Below are positions 62,370-64,000 of a stretch of DNA of 64,000 nt, one piece after another. Location: positions 32,001-96,000 of IMG/VR virus record IMGVR_UViG_3300042445_001170. The stretch is one strand, 5' to 3'. Source of the DNA: a virus. Numbering within the stretch: the stretch's first letter is position 1; each line of letters starts with the position of its first letter. A program made the position numbers and the translations under genes. The notes under the pieces are model-generated. The model did no database searches and was not told the origin of the DNA. It saw only the letters and a program-made list of their open reading frames with translations.

Positions 62370-62762
62370 TTAGTTATAGAAGTCTTGAACTTCCTTTGGT
62401 GTCGCTAAACGAAAACCCTCCTCTGTATCAAAGATTTTTTGAGCATCTTCTTCTGACATAGCCACAAAAGGATGGTCCTTTGTAAAAGTTTTTCCATGAA
62501 TATCGTATCTCATGTTCTCTCTTGTCATTCTAACTAAGATTGTATCTTCAGCCTGTGCCTTTGGGTCAAACTTTGGAAGAATTTCAATTTCTTCTGTGTC
62601 CTTCTCAATTGCATCTAATGTGCTTTGATATACGCTCCAAGTAACGCCTTCTTCTGCTAGAGCAGCAATAATGTCTTTTTTATTCTTTAGGCCTTCTGTA
62701 TCAACCGCAAAATCTGTTGCAATTATTTTTAATTCAGCTACCTTTAATGTGTCAAACGACAT
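62370..62762 (-). CDS. hypothetical head-module protein with Rho-N-like N-terminus
   Basis: LKVAELK.IA.......K.DII. Confidence 0.65.
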   Translation of the reverse strand: MSFDTLKVAELKIIATDFAVDTEGLKNKKDIIAALAEEGVTWSVYQSTLDAIEKDTEEIEILPKFDPKAQAEDTILVRMTRENMRYDIHGKTFTKDHPFVAMSEEDAQKIFDTEEGFRLATPKEVQDFYN

Positions 62763-62817
62763 ATTCTATTTCTCCTTTTTCTAGGTCCTTTAATTATAGC
62801 ATTGTTAAATTTAAATG

Positions 62818-62848
62818 AAAAGCCCCCAAAATTAATTGGGGGCCTTTC
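62818..62848 (-). terminator. terminator after capsid gene
   Basis: GGCCCCCAA-TTAATT-TTGGGGGCTTTT. Confidence 0.78.
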
Positions 62849-62869
62849 GGTAGTTTAATTCTTAATTAA

Positions 62870-63919
62870 TTAAGAAGCAACCTTAACGTTCTTTACAACT
62901 ACCCAAGCGTCTGCCTGCTCGATTTGAACGCCAACACGAGTATACATTGTGTACTCGATTGAGTCCTTACGTGGCCAGAAGAAGCGGTAAACAGTAACAT
63001 CACGCTTGATACCAATAACAACGTTATTTGGGAATGTCAAGTGGATATCTCCGTGTGAACCTGATGGGCTTGCGTATGTACCTGTCTGTGTCTCAGGAAG
63101 CAATGGAACTTCAACGATTGGAATACCAAATGCGTATGGAGCGACATAACCTGCTGGACCACCAAGAACTGGAACATCTCCACGGATGATGCCTGAAGCA
63201 ATGTCCTGTGGGTTAACATTCTGAATGTTTGTTGATGTTGAGTATAGGTAATCTTGGATCAAGTTTGATCCTGCAAGGAAGCGAAGGTCTGTACGACGTT
63301 GCTTGTACTTACGTGGAAGAGCCTTAAGAGCTGAGTTAAATACTGCACGAGAAACTGCAGCACCTGCAGCATCGACAACGTGACCGCTTGTCTTTGCCTT
63401 CTTAACTACACCGTCAAAAGACTTGTATAGTGCATCGCTTGAAAGTGATGTATCACCGTTAAGAATAACATCTTCGATGTCATTTCCTGCCTGTGTTGCC
63501 ATCATACGTGCAATGTGATCTTCTAGATCTGCACCTTCAATGTTGTCTTCTAGAGACTCTGTTGAAAGCTCCCAGTCCATGCGAAGCTTCTTAGTTGTGA
63601 GAGAAATTTTTGAGAAAGTAACACCTGAGTTAGCTCCTGTGTTTTCGCCTTCAGATGCAAGCTTTACAAGCTTCTCTCCTACGGACATACGATCAATTTC
63701 TGTTGTGTCAGCTTTCATGCGGACTGTACGTGCAACCTTACCAATTACGGTAGCATCGAACATATAGTCCAAGAATCGTGCTGATTGTTCTGGGTTTAGA
63801 AGTCCACCGTTGCCATTTTCTGAAGCAACATGAACGCCTGAACCACCTGTTGAAGAACCGAACCCAGTTGATACTGTTGCACCAGCTGCTGCGGCCTTTT
63901 CTAATAATTCATTACTCAT
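62870..63919 (-). CDS. major capsid protein (HK97 fold)
   Basis: GG.L.PEQ..RF, LEDNIEG, NGD; highly biased codons. Confidence 0.92.
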   Translation of the reverse strand: MSNELLEKAAAAGATVSTGFGSSTGGSGVHVASENGNGGLLNPEQSARFLDYMFDATVIGKVARTVRMKADTTEIDRMSVGEKLVKLASEGENTGANSGVTFSKISLTTKKLRMDWELSTESLEDNIEGADLEDHIARMMATQAGNDIEDVILNGDTSLSSDALYKSFDGVVKKAKTSGHVVDAAGAAVSRAVFNSALKALPRKYKQRRTDLRFLAGSNLIQDYLYSTSTNIQNVNPQDIASGIIRGDVPVLGGPAGYVAPYAFGIPIVEVPLLPETQTGTYASPSGSHGDIHLTFPNNVVIGIKRDVTVYRFFWPRKDSIEYTMYTRVGVQIEQADAWVVVKNVKVAS

Positions 63920-63941
63920 TTTTATTTCACCTACCTTATTT

Positions 63942-64000
63942 TAGTTAAAGATTTCATTTACGGAACCGAGGAAAGCTCCAGACCATTTTGATTTTGATTT
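63942..64000 (-). CDS. 3' end of scaffold/maturation protein (...SKSKWSGAFLGSVNEIFN)
   Basis: Open frame ending TAA just upstream of capsid gene. Confidence 0.55.

Noticed and set aside
1-64000. Prophage, integrase or diversity-generating retroelement
   Set aside because: No integrase, repressor, reverse transcriptase, att-like repeat or host chromosomal block in the window

Overview
The window is 64 kb of a large, AT-rich, apparently lytic long-tailed dsDNA phage (siphovirus-like), with essentially every real gene on the minus strand. WhiB, DnaE, many leaderless genes and a surface protein of freshwater-actinobacterial type point to an Actinomycetota host. Gene order resembles Streptomyces BE/BK-type and large freshwater actinophages (inference, no database search run). 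Reading in transcription order from 64 kb towards 0: (1) head and tail morphogenesis: capsid, head-tail joining, major tail, frameshifted tail chaperone, a 2786-aa tape measure, minor tails and a fibre; (2) replication, recombination and packaging: metallophosphoesterase, DnaB, DnaG, gp32-like SSB, DnaE, MazG-like, RecA, two resolvases, Cas4-like nuclease, terminase; (3) a dense accessory arm: CHAP endolysin, SNase, Hsp20, PA14 surface protein, WhiB, HslV-like and S8 proteases, thioredoxin, S-layer-like protein, AhpC/AhpD, GroES, four 2OG-Fe(II) oxygenases spread over the window, ten tRNAs plus one aberrant tRNA, and many microproteins under 60 aa that the ORF track missed. The strongest candidates for undescribed biology are: three ORF-free, pseudoknot-rich structured RNAs interleaved between tRNAs (2323-2929); a tape measure protein built as a GG-motif-punctuated polyprotein carrying a HipA/PI3K-like kinase and other cargo; two CDGSH [2Fe-2S] microproteins plus a Cys-peptide/ahpCD operon; a T4 gene-32-type pseudoknot at the SSB ribosome-binding site; and altered tRNAs plus an orphan antitoxin suggesting counter-defence. 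All RNA structures and domain calls were made by eye.
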